The notes below the pieces were generated by a model that did not search any database, was not told the DNA's origin, and saw only the letters and a program-made list of their open reading frames with translations. Shown in pieces: positions 54,684 through 64,000 of a DNA stretch of 64,000 nt. This stretch comes from an uncultured Rivularia sp. GTDB taxonomy: Bacteria; Cyanobacteriota; Cyanobacteriia; Cyanobacteriales; Nostocaceae. The position numbers and the translations under genes were made by a program. The stretch is from positions 8,352,001 through 8,416,000 of the forward strand of contig OY762007.1 in the NCBI GenBank assembly GCA_963665115.1. The letters are read 5' to 3'. The first letter of the stretch is position 1, and each line of letters starts with the position of its first letter.

Positions 54684-55453
54684 TTATAGTGGCGATAGGG
54701 GATTTAGCCATAATTTCAAGCTACGTTTTAGCTGATTTAAATCCCGATATACTTCTTGCTTAAACCACTGTCCCCCAAAGCATCAAAGGGATTAAATTCT
54801 TGGCCTGGTTGCCATTTCACGTCTTGACCTAAAGGTGTAAGATGGTTTCCTTTCAAGGTTTGCGTTGTTACCATATCCTCAAAGCGGTTGTGCAACAATT
54901 GAGTTAAAGCTGCTGATTGATCGAGATTATCGTTGCTAAATTTGATTAATAAATTACGACGAACGCTGTAGTTTTCTTTCACCTGCCTATAAGTTTCCGT
55001 AGGTGAAGGGGTAAACTCAACATTCAGCGCACTGTTGAATTGTTCCACCAAAGGTATGGCATCTCGTGCAGCATAATTATTAAATGATACAAGGATATTA
55101 CCCGCACGTTTGACTCCTTCGGAACAACCTATAAGTAAATGTAGTTTGCATCCCATACTGTGCCCCAATCCATATATGGGAAGGTAGCCTTGAAAAGCAG
55201 GTTCGCTATCCTCTAAGCGTACTAACACCCGTTCAAAATTTAGCAAAACTTGTTGGGCGATCGCGCTATGGTCTAAAGTATTTACAAATGGGGTAGCGAT
55301 AACCGCAAACCCTTCTTCGGCAAGATATTCGAGCAACAAACGATAAGTTACGTTCGGTGCGGTAGCAACAAATGCACCACCTAAAAAATGAACGATACCG
55401 ATCGGACGCTGGGGAACAATTACCCAGCTACCAGCAATTTGTTTCCAGTTCAT
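54684..55453 (-). CDS. DUF1350 alpha/beta-hydrolase; frameshift in C-run at 54772-54776
   Basis: HFLGGAFV, GHSMG, GNHLTP; alternate frame continues QWFKQEVYRDLNQLKRSLKLWLNPLSPL* to 54684. Confidence 0.85.
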
Positions 55454-55884
55454 GCAATAAGAGCGTAAAGAGTCATAGTATTTATATTTTCTCATGTTAG
55501 ACTGTTTGCTTGCCTTCTAATCGAACTGCAACTATTTCAGAGATAAAAATTATAAATTACTCACTTTCGGGCTCTACGATTAAGCATTTTAGGGAGCAGC
55601 CAGTAGAAAGTAGGCAGTAAGAGAAGAAGAAGTTATATAGCTAATTTGATGAGCGTCTTAGAAGTAAAAATACGGTTTAATTTATCATAATTTATCGCAT
55701 CGATCGCGGAGGTAGAGAAAAGTTGGTGATTCAAAATTAAAAATGCCCGCATTAAAAAGTAATTCAGTTTGAATTTTGAATTTTGAATTAAGGATACAAG
55801 CCTCTCCTTTAAAGCAAAAAAATATAAAAGCATTCCACAGGCTGCTTCAAACTTCAGATAATGGTAATTTTGAATTTTGAATTA

Positions 55885-56604
55885 TTATTGCTGACTCTGT
55901 AATCTTTTCATTTCCTGCTGTACATCCATTGCAATCTCCAATGCTTCGTTAAGCAACCTGTCATGTTCGGAAGCTTGTTCGGTAACTTGCATCTGAGTTA
56001 ATGTTGCCAAATTATTTGCAAGTAATTCCGAATTGTTCACAATAAATTTATTATTTTCTCTTAATATTTTTTCAGTTTTTAGAGCGCGAACTAAATCTGC
56101 TCTGGTATATTCAAGAGCTTCAATAACTCGTCTTCTTTCTTTGATCCCTACCTCTGTATTTCCTGCCGCTTCAATTTTATCATTAATATCTATTGCCCGA
56201 ATAACGGCATTAAATCTATCAACTTCATGCAAAAGAGTATTCAAAGAATATGTTAGATTTTCTTTCAAAACGGCAACTCTTTTTTTCCAGTTCATATACA
56301 ATAGTAATTGTGTAATACCACCGCCAATAAAACATAATTTAATAAATAATAACCAAGATGGAAGTTGAACCCAATTAGCAAACATCTTGATAACTAAATC
56401 GAATACAATATAACAGCTAAGTATGACAGCTAATCCAACAAAAATTGCAGTTGCACCTTCAGGTCCTTTAATTTTCTGAATGAATTCTCGTAAAAACAAT
56501 TTTAACGGATTAATAATTATTATTAGTTCTTCCCTAATAGGCAGATTCGTCAACTTTCGGAGTTCTCTTTGATTAATCGCCAAGCCTCTTAAATCATCAC
56601 GCAC
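55885..56604 (-). CDS. Two-TM hypothetical protein with C-terminal coiled coil
   Basis: Long ORF; GTG at 56604 has a GGAG RBS and is preferred to the TTG at 56742. Confidence 0.72.
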   Translation of the reverse strand: MRDDLRGLAINQRELRKLTNLPIREELIIIINPLKLFLREFIQKIKGPEGATAIFVGLAVILSCYIVFDLVIKMFANWVQLPSWLLFIKLCFIGGGITQLLLYMNWKKRVAVLKENLTYSLNTLLHEVDRFNAVIRAIDINDKIEAAGNTEVGIKERRRVIEALEYTRADLVRALKTEKILRENNKFIVNNSELLANNLATLTQMQVTEQASEHDRLLNEALEIAMDVQQEMKRLQSQQ

Positions 56605-57107
56605 AGCTTTCAAATCTCCAGCACAAAAGTTTTGATTTATTATATCTTTGCTTAAAATAAGCGGCAATATACTTGCGGATTTATAACAATAGACAAAATC
56701 TTGATAAAACTTATCGTTATCTCGATTTAAATGTATTGCCAATAGTCATAGAATCGTAATTTTCATTACGGTCGAAGTTAAAAAATATACGAAAAAACAA
56801 AAAACAGTTAAGTTTATTTCTAGAATAAAATTAGAAGTTCATTTTTATTTGATATCCAATAATCAGTTATTTTAGCTTTACCTATTTATAAAAGATAGAC
56901 AATTGTCATACAAAAGTACGGATTTAAAATAAAAGAGAGTAACGATGTAATAGTCCGACTGCCAGAACCGTAACATTTATACTACTATATTAAGCACTTA
57001 TAAGCGCTCTATGTAGCTGCATTTTTATTCTTCGCAGCATTTGTAGCTTCGCCAGGATAATTCCACTTGGGGTAAAGATTATACATTATACGCTTGTGCA
57101 GAATGAA

Positions 57108-57285
57108 TAAGCTGTTACGCACTTAATTTGTATAATACCCTTCGTGCAAGATGCTTGTCCTGGCGGACACGCTGCGTTAGCGGAGCGAGACGATAGTCTT
57201 AGGCAGCACTACAATACTTTCACTTTTATGTCCTTCGGACACGCTGCGAAGGCAGCATTATATAATTTAGCTGCACATCAGCTTA
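57108..57285. repeat. MITE-like element (family of 9400-9502) carrying nested short repeats
   Basis: Same TAAGCTG..CAGCTTA ends; extra CGGACACGCTGCG units inside. Confidence 0.8.
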
Positions 57286-57574
57286 CAGAACATAGAGAAC
57301 GTAAGTTTTTTAACACAACTTCAGTCTGAGCGCTAATTAAAATCAAATAGTCTTTTTACCCGATCAAATAAAAATATCTATAAATCTTGAAATATAATTT
57401 AGATGAAAATCTATATAGTGTTAAGTTGATTATCTAGTTTTGTATTAAATAAACATTGCATTCATAGCAATAAGTATGATTTTTAATTATTAGATAAAAA
57501 TCTTAATAACTAAAAAATACTTTCATATTACCTTTCTCTTTTAAGATGATTTATGGTGTAATCCAAAGATACAA

Positions 57575-58537
57575 TTGATGATCGAGAAAACTTCTTATCC
57601 GATATACCAAGAGCATTATGTTGCTGCCGAACATTATACTCAAGTAATAGAAAAAAAGCGGACTAAGTGCGTAATATGCGAACATAAGATAGATGAAAAA
57701 GACGAATCTATCTTTAGTGAATTCAACTGTAATATTAGAGCTTTCCAAAAAGAAGCTTTTAAAGTTTGGCGATGTCCTAAGTGCAAAACTATTCATACTT
57801 TAGACATTGTTGAGATTGCACCATACTACGAAAAATATCCCATAGCCGATGCAAAATTAACGTGGGAAATGCGTCTTTGCTATGGAAAATTATCTCGACA
57901 GTTATTTAAGCATGGATTTAATTCATCTCATTCTATCCTTGATTATGGCTGTGCAAACGGTTTATTTCTTGAATATTTGCAACAACAAGGCTTCGATAAA
58001 TGCTACGGTTACGAGCCTTACACCTCTGAGAACGGATTTGCGAATGAAGCTGTTCTCGACTCTGCACCATTCGATTTTATATTACTTCAAGATGTAATCG
58101 AACACGTTGAAGACCCCAGAAAATTATTGTCGAAATTGGACAGTTTGCTTGCACCTGGTGGTTATATTCTGATCGGAACACCTAACGCAGCAAATATAGA
58201 TTTAGCGAAACCTGATATATCCGATTTCTATAACTCCGTTCACGTACCCTACCATTTTCATATTTATACTCCCCAAGTTCTAGAATATTTAGGAAATGGT
58301 CAAAATTGGCAAGCTATCGAGTTTCGCGATCGCGCTTATCACGACACACCTTGGTTAGGGGTAAATACTCGTGCTTGGAACCAGTATCAACAAATATCTG
58401 ATGGTTCTTTAGATGCTATTCACGAGCCAATTGATTTAAACAAAGCTGTTACTTCTTATAAAGTCATGTTCTATGCCTTTTTTGGATATTGGTTGAGCTA
58501 TCACACGGAAATGTCCATGATGTTTCGTAAAGTTTGA
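57575..58537 (+). CDS. Class I SAM-dependent methyltransferase with N-terminal Zn ribbon
   Basis: CVIC..CPKC, LDYGCANG, DVIEHVEDP, LAPGG..TPN. Confidence 0.9.
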   Translation: MMIEKTSYPIYQEHYVAAEHYTQVIEKKRTKCVICEHKIDEKDESIFSEFNCNIRAFQKEAFKVWRCPKCKTIHTLDIVEIAPYYEKYPIADAKLTWEMRLCYGKLSRQLFKHGFNSSHSILDYGCANGLFLEYLQQQGFDKCYGYEPYTSENGFANEAVLDSAPFDFILLQDVIEHVEDPRKLLSKLDSLLAPGGYILIGTPNAANIDLAKPDISDFYNSVHVPYHFHIYTPQVLEYLGNGQNWQAIEFRDRAYHDTPWLGVNTRAWNQYQQISDGSLDAIHEPIDLNKAVTSYKVMFYAFFGYWLSYHTEMSMMFRKV

Positions 58538-58730
58538 TTTATCAATCACGATACAAGTACTTCACCACATTAATTTTGCAGGGTTCTGGGAATGCGAGCC
58601 GGAAAGCTCGCTGGTTGTCACGAGGGAGCGTCTCGCTCTCTGGTAGCAACGAGCGAGACGCTCGCACTTCCCGAAGAAATAAACCGTTCGTTTCTAACAT
58701 TATCTGGTAAATAAAATAAGTAAACTTTAA

Positions 58731-60263
58731 CTATTGAAGTTCATACTTAGTTATGATTGTGACTCCATTTCTACCATTAGAACTAGGTTTGAGTTTCCAT
58801 TTTCGCGCTAAATTCAAATGGTGTTTATCTAGTTTGCTGTTTCCGCTACCACTAAGCAACCGCACCTCAGTAACATTACCTTGAGCATCAGCATCAACAG
58901 ATACCGTGATATTTCCTTGAATTCCTTTATTTCTTGCCCAAGAGGGGTAACTTCTGTTACACCGACGACAAGCTGCTTGTCCATCACCATCACCAACAGA
59001 ATCACCACTACCGTTACCTAAACCGTTACCAGTTCCATTATCTGTAGTATTGGTAGGTGCAGATGCAACACTACCTTCAAAAATTCGCCGTTTTCTTCTC
59101 GGAGCATTATCGTTACTTTCGCCAATATTAGAAGTATCGGGTAAAGATGGTGCTGTATTATTAGTACTAATATTGTTATCTCGACTTTCTCTAATTCCCT
59201 TCATAGTATCTCTCAACTCTCCGCTATCTTGTGGGGTTGATGCTGGTGGTTCTATCGGAGGAGTTACCGGATTTGGTAAACTTCGCGTTGTTCTTCTAGA
59301 ATCTCTTTCCTGTGCGAGCAATTTTTCTAAATCTTCGTTAGGTTCTGCTGCTGGTGGTTCTATCGGAGGAGTTACCGGATTTGATAAACTTCGCGCTGTT
59401 CTTCTAGAGTCTCTTTCCTGTGCGAGCAATTTTTCTAAATCTTCGTCAGGTTCTGCTGCTGGTGGTTCTATCGGAGGATTTACTGGAGTTGAAAAACTCC
59501 GCGCTGTTCTTCTGGAGTCTCTTTCCTGTGCGAGCAATTTTTCTAAATCTTCATCGGGTTTTGGTTGTTCTATCGGAGGAGTGACAGGAGTTGAAAATTC
59601 TCGTGGTGTTCTTATTTCTGGTTCCGGTTGCGGTTGAGTTATTGGTTTGGGAATATCATTTTTAGCAATGGGTTCAGGCTTTTGCGGCTTTGGTTCTGGC
59701 TTTTGTTCTCGAATAACTGGCTTTTCTTGCACAGCAACAGGAGGTAATGGTGATATTGGTTTGAATGGTTTAAAGTCTGGTTGCTTTATCTCTAGTTTTG
59801 GAAGCGGTTGTTTGACAACGGGTGGTGCTTGCGGAGTAATTCTACGTTGTGTCGGTATCGGTTGAGATAATGATGCAGCAGGACTTCCACCGCTAATACG
59901 AGACTGGCTCGGAGTGGTGTCTAAATTGGGTTTAAATTGACTCGTGTCAATAGTTGGTTGTTTAATTTCTGGTTTTGGTTCGGGTTTTGGCTCTGGTTTT
60001 TCTAGTTTCGGTTCTGGTTTTGGCTTCGGCTTTACAACTTCTTTTGGTTCTGGTTCAATTTCTTCTATGGGAGTATCGAGCAGAGTTATTTCAACTGGCT
60101 CATCCTCAATTTCTGGTACCCTGTTTAATAAATATTTGCCAATCCCCGAAGCCACTAGCGCTAGATGAAATATCAGCGAGCCAGCTAAACTACAAGCCAA
60201 AAAAATTCTCAGAGCTTTTGATTCTCTTTCTCGCTGTCGTAGCGCTGTACTTGCAAAGCTCAT
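58731..60263 (-). CDS. tonB: Energy transducer TonB
   Basis: TM with SLIFH motif, (EP/KP)-rich linker, C-terminal YP..AR..GIQG domain; divergent from exbBD. Confidence 0.9.
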   Translation of the reverse strand: MSFASTALRQRERESKALRIFLACSLAGSLIFHLALVASGIGKYLLNRVPEIEDEPVEITLLDTPIEEIEPEPKEVVKPKPKPEPKLEKPEPKPEPKPEIKQPTIDTSQFKPNLDTTPSQSRISGGSPAASLSQPIPTQRRITPQAPPVVKQPLPKLEIKQPDFKPFKPISPLPPVAVQEKPVIREQKPEPKPQKPEPIAKNDIPKPITQPQPEPEIRTPREFSTPVTPPIEQPKPDEDLEKLLAQERDSRRTARSFSTPVNPPIEPPAAEPDEDLEKLLAQERDSRRTARSLSNPVTPPIEPPAAEPNEDLEKLLAQERDSRRTTRSLPNPVTPPIEPPASTPQDSGELRDTMKGIRESRDNNISTNNTAPSLPDTSNIGESNDNAPRRKRRIFEGSVASAPTNTTDNGTGNGLGNGSGDSVGDGDGQAACRRCNRSYPSWARNKGIQGNITVSVDADAQGNVTEVRLLSGSGNSKLDKHHLNLARKWKLKPSSNGRNGVTIITKYELQ

Positions 60264-60571
60264 GGTTTAAGTCTTATTAATATTAATTTGCATTAATTTG
60301 TAATTCTAGAAGAAACAAGCGTAAAAGTCAATCAATATTTCTTGATTATTACTTAATAATCTATTGCAATTAGAAACTTCAATATACCCTTAATTTGGCT
60401 TTGTAATTATTGTTGTCCAAAATACTTTTTTCCAGACGAAAGCAGTGAAAATACTGAAATCACGTCGTATTTAAATTTATATCTCTGCAAATATAGCTAC
60501 CAAGTACGCTTATGAAAAACTAAAAATACCTTTAAACTTAATTAATAGTTGATTTTTAATGCTTTGAGGCG

Positions 60572-60590
60572 ATTGACATTTATTCTCATC
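60572..60590 (+). promoter_or_regulatory. Putative Fur box over the exbB promoter (ATTGACATTTATTCTCATC)
   Basis: AT-rich 19-mer resembling the Fur consensus, overlaps TTGACA; similar to site at 62957. Confidence 0.55.
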
Positions 60591-60674
60591 TGTCCTAAGT
60601 TAATTTGGTAACTACTATTATCTACTTCTGTAGAGATTAGTAATTAATATCATTAATGCATTTGAGAGCTACAA

Positions 60675-61325
60675 ATGGGAATAAATAATCTATTCTCGGC
60701 AGGTGGTGTCGTGATGATACCGCTGCTGGGGTTTTCGGTATTGGCTTTGGGGCTGATTGTCGAAAGAATAAGCTTTTGGTTGAAAATTAATAATCGTCAG
60801 ACTAAAGTTGTACGAGATGTATTAAATCTCTATCGTCGTAACAATATCGTAAGTGCGATTGATGGATTGCGAAAGAATGCAGATTTACCTATCGCTCGGA
60901 TGTTTCTCACTGCTTTAGAGTTAGAAGAGCCGACTCCCGAAGAGTTTCGTTTGGCATTGGAAAGTGAAGCACAAGCAGAGATTCCTTTACTCAAACGTTT
61001 TCAAAATATATTTGATACTATAATTTCTCTAGCGCCACTTTTAGGTCTTTTAGGTACCGTTTTAGGATTAATTGGTTCTTTTGCTTCCTTAAATCTTGGT
61101 GATGTCGGAGGTTCTCAAACAGCGAATGTAACTGGTGGTATTAGTGAAGCGCTGGTTTCAACGGCTGCTGGTTTAGTTGTGGCGATTTTTACGCTGATGT
61201 TTGCTAATGCATTTCGAGCCATGTACCAAAGACAAATGGCATTAATTCAAGAATACGGTGGAGAATTAGAATTACTTTACCGTCGTTATTACGAACGAGG
61301 AAAGATTCATGCGTCTACCAGATGA
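60675..61325 (+). CDS. exbB: MotA/TolQ/ExbB proton channel
   Basis: APLLGLLGTVLGLI, GISEALVSTAAGL. Confidence 0.94.
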   Translation: MGINNLFSAGGVVMIPLLGFSVLALGLIVERISFWLKINNRQTKVVRDVLNLYRRNNIVSAIDGLRKNADLPIARMFLTALELEEPTPEEFRLALESEAQAEIPLLKRFQNIFDTIISLAPLLGLLGTVLGLIGSFASLNLGDVGGSQTANVTGGISEALVSTAAGLVVAIFTLMFANAFRAMYQRQMALIQEYGGELELLYRRYYERGKIHASTR

Positions 61326-61714
61326 AACCGGATGCACCGGCACAGATTAATATTGTGCCGATGATTGATGTGATATTCGCAATTTTGACCTTTTTTGTGA
61401 TGTCAACCTTGTTTTTAACTCGTCAAGAAGGATTACCAGTCAATTTACCTCAAGCATCTTCTGCGAAAAAAGCAACTCAACCAGCACGAGTTACGCTGAC
61501 AGTAGATAAAGCTGGTGAAATATTTCTGAATAAGCAGCCGATTACTTTGGATAAGTTAGAAGCCGGAGTGAAAGCGAAAGTCAAACCCGAACAACCTTTG
61601 ATGGTGGTATTAAATGCAGATGAAGGGGTGAATCACGGGAAAATAGTCGCAGTGATGGATAAAGTGCGATTGGTAAAGGGTGCTAGTTTGGCGATCGCCA
61701 CTCGTCGAGATTGA
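61309..61714 (+). CDS. exbD: Biopolymer transporter ExbD; frameshift at 61325-61327
   Basis: INIVPMIDV motif, VNLP, AD; removing one A gives MRLPDEPDAPAQINIVPMID from ATG 61309. Confidence 0.92.
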
Positions 61715-61792
61715 TTCAATCAATTTTGGTTATTAATTTTGTTGGCTTTTTTGTTGGCTTTGAAATATGCATCTGTGAATTCATCATTAAAC

Positions 61793-61820
61793 GTAGAGAC
61801 GCGAAATTTCGCGTCTCTAC
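61793..61820. repeat. Perfect palindrome GTAGAGACGCGAAATTTCGCGTCTCTAC
   Basis: 28-bp perfect inverted repeat of the GTAGAGACG family. Confidence 0.88.
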
Positions 61821-61906
61821 AAAGTTTCAGTTGAAAAAAATAGATATCTAATTTTAAAAAGATTACATAATATCCGAATAAGCTGAGCTACTTATATCAA
61901 ATAAAC

Positions 61907-62896
61907 ATGACAATTACTGTCTCAAGCCATAATTGGCAAGAGTTTTGGCAGGAAGATAAGCAACAATGTTTAAATAACCACGAACGCATTTGGAGTTTTT
62001 CTAATGGTTTAGGAAAGGGTCGTCAAAAACAAATTTTTCTGCGTTCTGGTATATCTATTTATATTCACGAGTTGGAATTTATAGATAATATTGTAGAAAA
62101 CATTACTTCTCAAAAATTTTTCCCTGAATTTGCTTTTCATCTCCAAGGAAAGCGTCAATTAGTAGATGGAAAATATCATCAAGCTGGCGAGAACTTCTTT
62201 GCAATCGGACCTTGTTTAAGTGGAACTCAAGAATGGTCTGCAAATTCTCAAATTCTCAAAATTGATATACATATTGAACCATCATTTTTAGGCAGTTATT
62301 TAAGAGATTATAGCCAAAAAACACCTTTTGAATTAAATCAGCTTTTAGAAGGGAAAGACGATAAGTTTTATTTTCATCCCGGTAAAACAACACCTCAAAT
62401 GCAAGTTTGTTTGCATCAAATTTTGAATTGTCCCTATCAAGGTGCAACTCGAAAAATTTATCTGGAAGGTAAAGCGCTAGAATTAATTGCTATGCGTTTG
62501 CAAGAATTGCTTTATGAAGATAATTCTCAACACGATTCATCTGAGTGTATTCGAGAAAATGACGTTGAAAGAATCTACCACGCTAAAGAAATTTTACGCA
62601 CTCAATTTGAAAATCCCCCTTCTTTAGCGGAATTAGCTCGTCAGGTTGGTTTGAATCAGCGGAAACTTAAACAAGGATTTCGTGCTTGTTTCGGTACTAC
62701 TGCTTTTGGATATTTGCACGATTACCGCATGGAGCAAGCCAGACTGTTACTTACAGATACTCAAATGGGTGTAACTCAAGTCGCTCATAACGTTGGTTAT
62801 GCTAGCTTACCGTCTTTCAGTGCGGCTTTTCGCAAAAAATTCGGTATTTGTCCGCGAATTTATATAGGGAAAGAAAAAAAAGTACCTTTGGAATAA
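61907..62896 (+). CDS. AraC family (PchR-like) transcriptional regulator
   Basis: QILNCPYQG..YLEGKALEL, PPSLAELARQVG, FSAAFRKKFG. Confidence 0.94.
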   Translation: MTITVSSHNWQEFWQEDKQQCLNNHERIWSFSNGLGKGRQKQIFLRSGISIYIHELEFIDNIVENITSQKFFPEFAFHLQGKRQLVDGKYHQAGENFFAIGPCLSGTQEWSANSQILKIDIHIEPSFLGSYLRDYSQKTPFELNQLLEGKDDKFYFHPGKTTPQMQVCLHQILNCPYQGATRKIYLEGKALELIAMRLQELLYEDNSQHDSSECIRENDVERIYHAKEILRTQFENPPSLAELARQVGLNQRKLKQGFRACFGTTAFGYLHDYRMEQARLLLTDTQMGVTQVAHNVGYASLPSFSAAFRKKFGICPRIYIGKEKKVPLE

Positions 62897-62956
62897 CAAA
62901 TAGTTCTTCTCGAATAAGACTTTAACCCCGAATTTGGTGTAATGTAATTTCAAATA

Positions 62957-62975
62957 ATTGAAAATGATTCTTAAC
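62957..62975 (+). promoter_or_regulatory. Putative Fur box upstream of the TonB-dependent receptor (ATTGAAAATGATTCTTAAC)
   Basis: Near-palindromic 19-mer similar to Fur consensus. Confidence 0.6.
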
Positions 62976-63115
62976 TATCGTGATGGGTAATGGGTAATGG
63001 GTAAAAGATATTTAATCATTACCTATGTAGCAAGTAACTAGCTAAACCCGATATTAATCATAAGTGTGCAGCTGCTCTAAATACTTCTATATTCTATTTA
63101 TTGTGTAAGGAAGCA

Positions 63116-64000
63116 ATGAAACTACAGCAATTACTGAAAATTATTATATTTACTAGTTTGATAGGAGTATTAGGAAATAATTTTGCTCAAGCTGAAGAAA
63201 CATCTCCCAAAAGCAGTTCCTCCATTGCACAGTCTTCACCTCAACTAATTAAAGTAACTGGTGTCAGATTAAATCAAACGGATAAGGGTGTAGAAATAAT
63301 TTTAGAAACAACTTCTGCTCGAAGTTTACAGGTTGTTAATCGTAGTAGTGGTAATGATTTTATTGCAGAAATTCCCAACGCTCAACTCAGCGTATCTGAA
63401 GGAAATGCATTTACAAAATTAAAGCCGATACAGGGAATTAGCGAGATAGAAGTAATTAATAAAGATGCTAATACGATTCAGGTAAAAGTAACGGGAGAAA
63501 CTGGTTCACCACAAGTTGATTTATTTGATAGTAGTACGGGTTTGATTTTTGGATTACAGCCAACAGCTTCTACCGCTCAAACTCCGGAAAAACCCCCAGC
63601 AACTCAACCACAACAGGATTCACAAACACCAGAAAAACCTACCACTTCTCAAACCGAGGAAGATAATAATCAGCCAATTGAATTGGTAGTAACTGCAACC
63701 CGAACGGAGCAAGATATTCAAAGGGTACCGCGTTCAATAACTGTAATTAATCGTTCGGAAGTCGAGAAACAAACCAGATTATCGCGTAATTTAATCGAAA
63801 TTCTTGGTAAATCAGTACCGGGTTTAGCTCCTCCGACTCAAAGCGGGAGTACTTTTGGATTATCTTTACGGGGACGCAATACTCAAGTCTTGATTGATGG
63901 TGTTCCTCAATCTACAAGTCGCAACGCTTTCCGAGATTTGAAAAGCATCGATCCCGCTGCAATTGAACGTGTGGAAGTTGTAAGAGGACCTAGTGCGATT
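63116..64000 (+). CDS. TonB-dependent siderophore receptor with N-terminal AMIN domain (runs off window end)
   Basis: Hand translation MKLQQLLK..IKVTGVRLNQTDKGVEIILET (AMIN), IELVVTATRTEQ (TonB box), LRGR..LIDGVPQ..IERVEVVRGPSA (plug). Confidence 0.93.
   Translation, partial: MKLQQLLKIIIFTSLIGVLGNNFAQAEETSPKSSSSIAQSSPQLIKVTGVRLNQTDKGVEIILETTSARSLQVVNRSSGNDFIAEIPNAQLSVSEGNAFTKLKPIQGISEIEVINKDANTIQVKVTGETGSPQVDLFDSSTGLIFGLQPTASTAQTPEKPPATQPQQDSQTPEKPTTSQTEEDNNQPIELVVTATRTEQDIQRVPRSITVINRSEVEKQTRLSRNLIEILGKSVPGLAPPTQSGSTFGLSLRGRNTQVLIDGVPQSTSRNAFRDLKSIDPAAIERVEVVRGPSAI

Noticed and set aside
57144..57329. 61-aa ORF
   Set aside because: Lies within nested repeat elements
59050..60280. Antisense ORFs over tonB
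   Set aside because: Result of Pro-rich, stop-poor repeats on the opposite strand

Overview
AT-rich chromosomal segment of a filamentous, probably heterocystous cyanobacterium (psaC, frequent HIP1 GCGATCGC octamers, abundant 7-9 bp STRR tandem repeats; Nostocales-like by inference). It holds housekeeping genes (glmS, psaC, trmFO, murG, gloA, tRNA-Arg(CCG)), signalling genes (five-GAF DXCF cyanobacteriochrome, multi-PAS histidine kinase, STAS protein, REC-PP2C), a TetR-thioesterase-GST-GST-patatin cluster, cell-envelope genes, and at the right end a tonB/exbB/exbD/AraC/TonB-dependent receptor iron-uptake locus. Intergenic DNA is full of small non-autonomous repeats that nest in each other. One splits a gene with a TA duplication, one brackets a decayed toxin-antitoxin pair, and others sit in frame inside proteins. 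About nine ORFs are frameshifted, six of them at only two motifs (AGGGGCC and GAAACC), which points to systematic sequencing error rather than true pseudogenes. I saw no CRISPR array, reverse transcriptase, transposase, integrase or prophage. The best candidates for undescribed biology are the orphan 5xGAF photoreceptor with a degenerate MCP tip, the TetR-controlled GST/non-canonical patatin cluster with two predicted operators, and an Fe/2OG enzyme with HxG in place of HxD. All functional calls come from motif recognition by eye; no database search was run.
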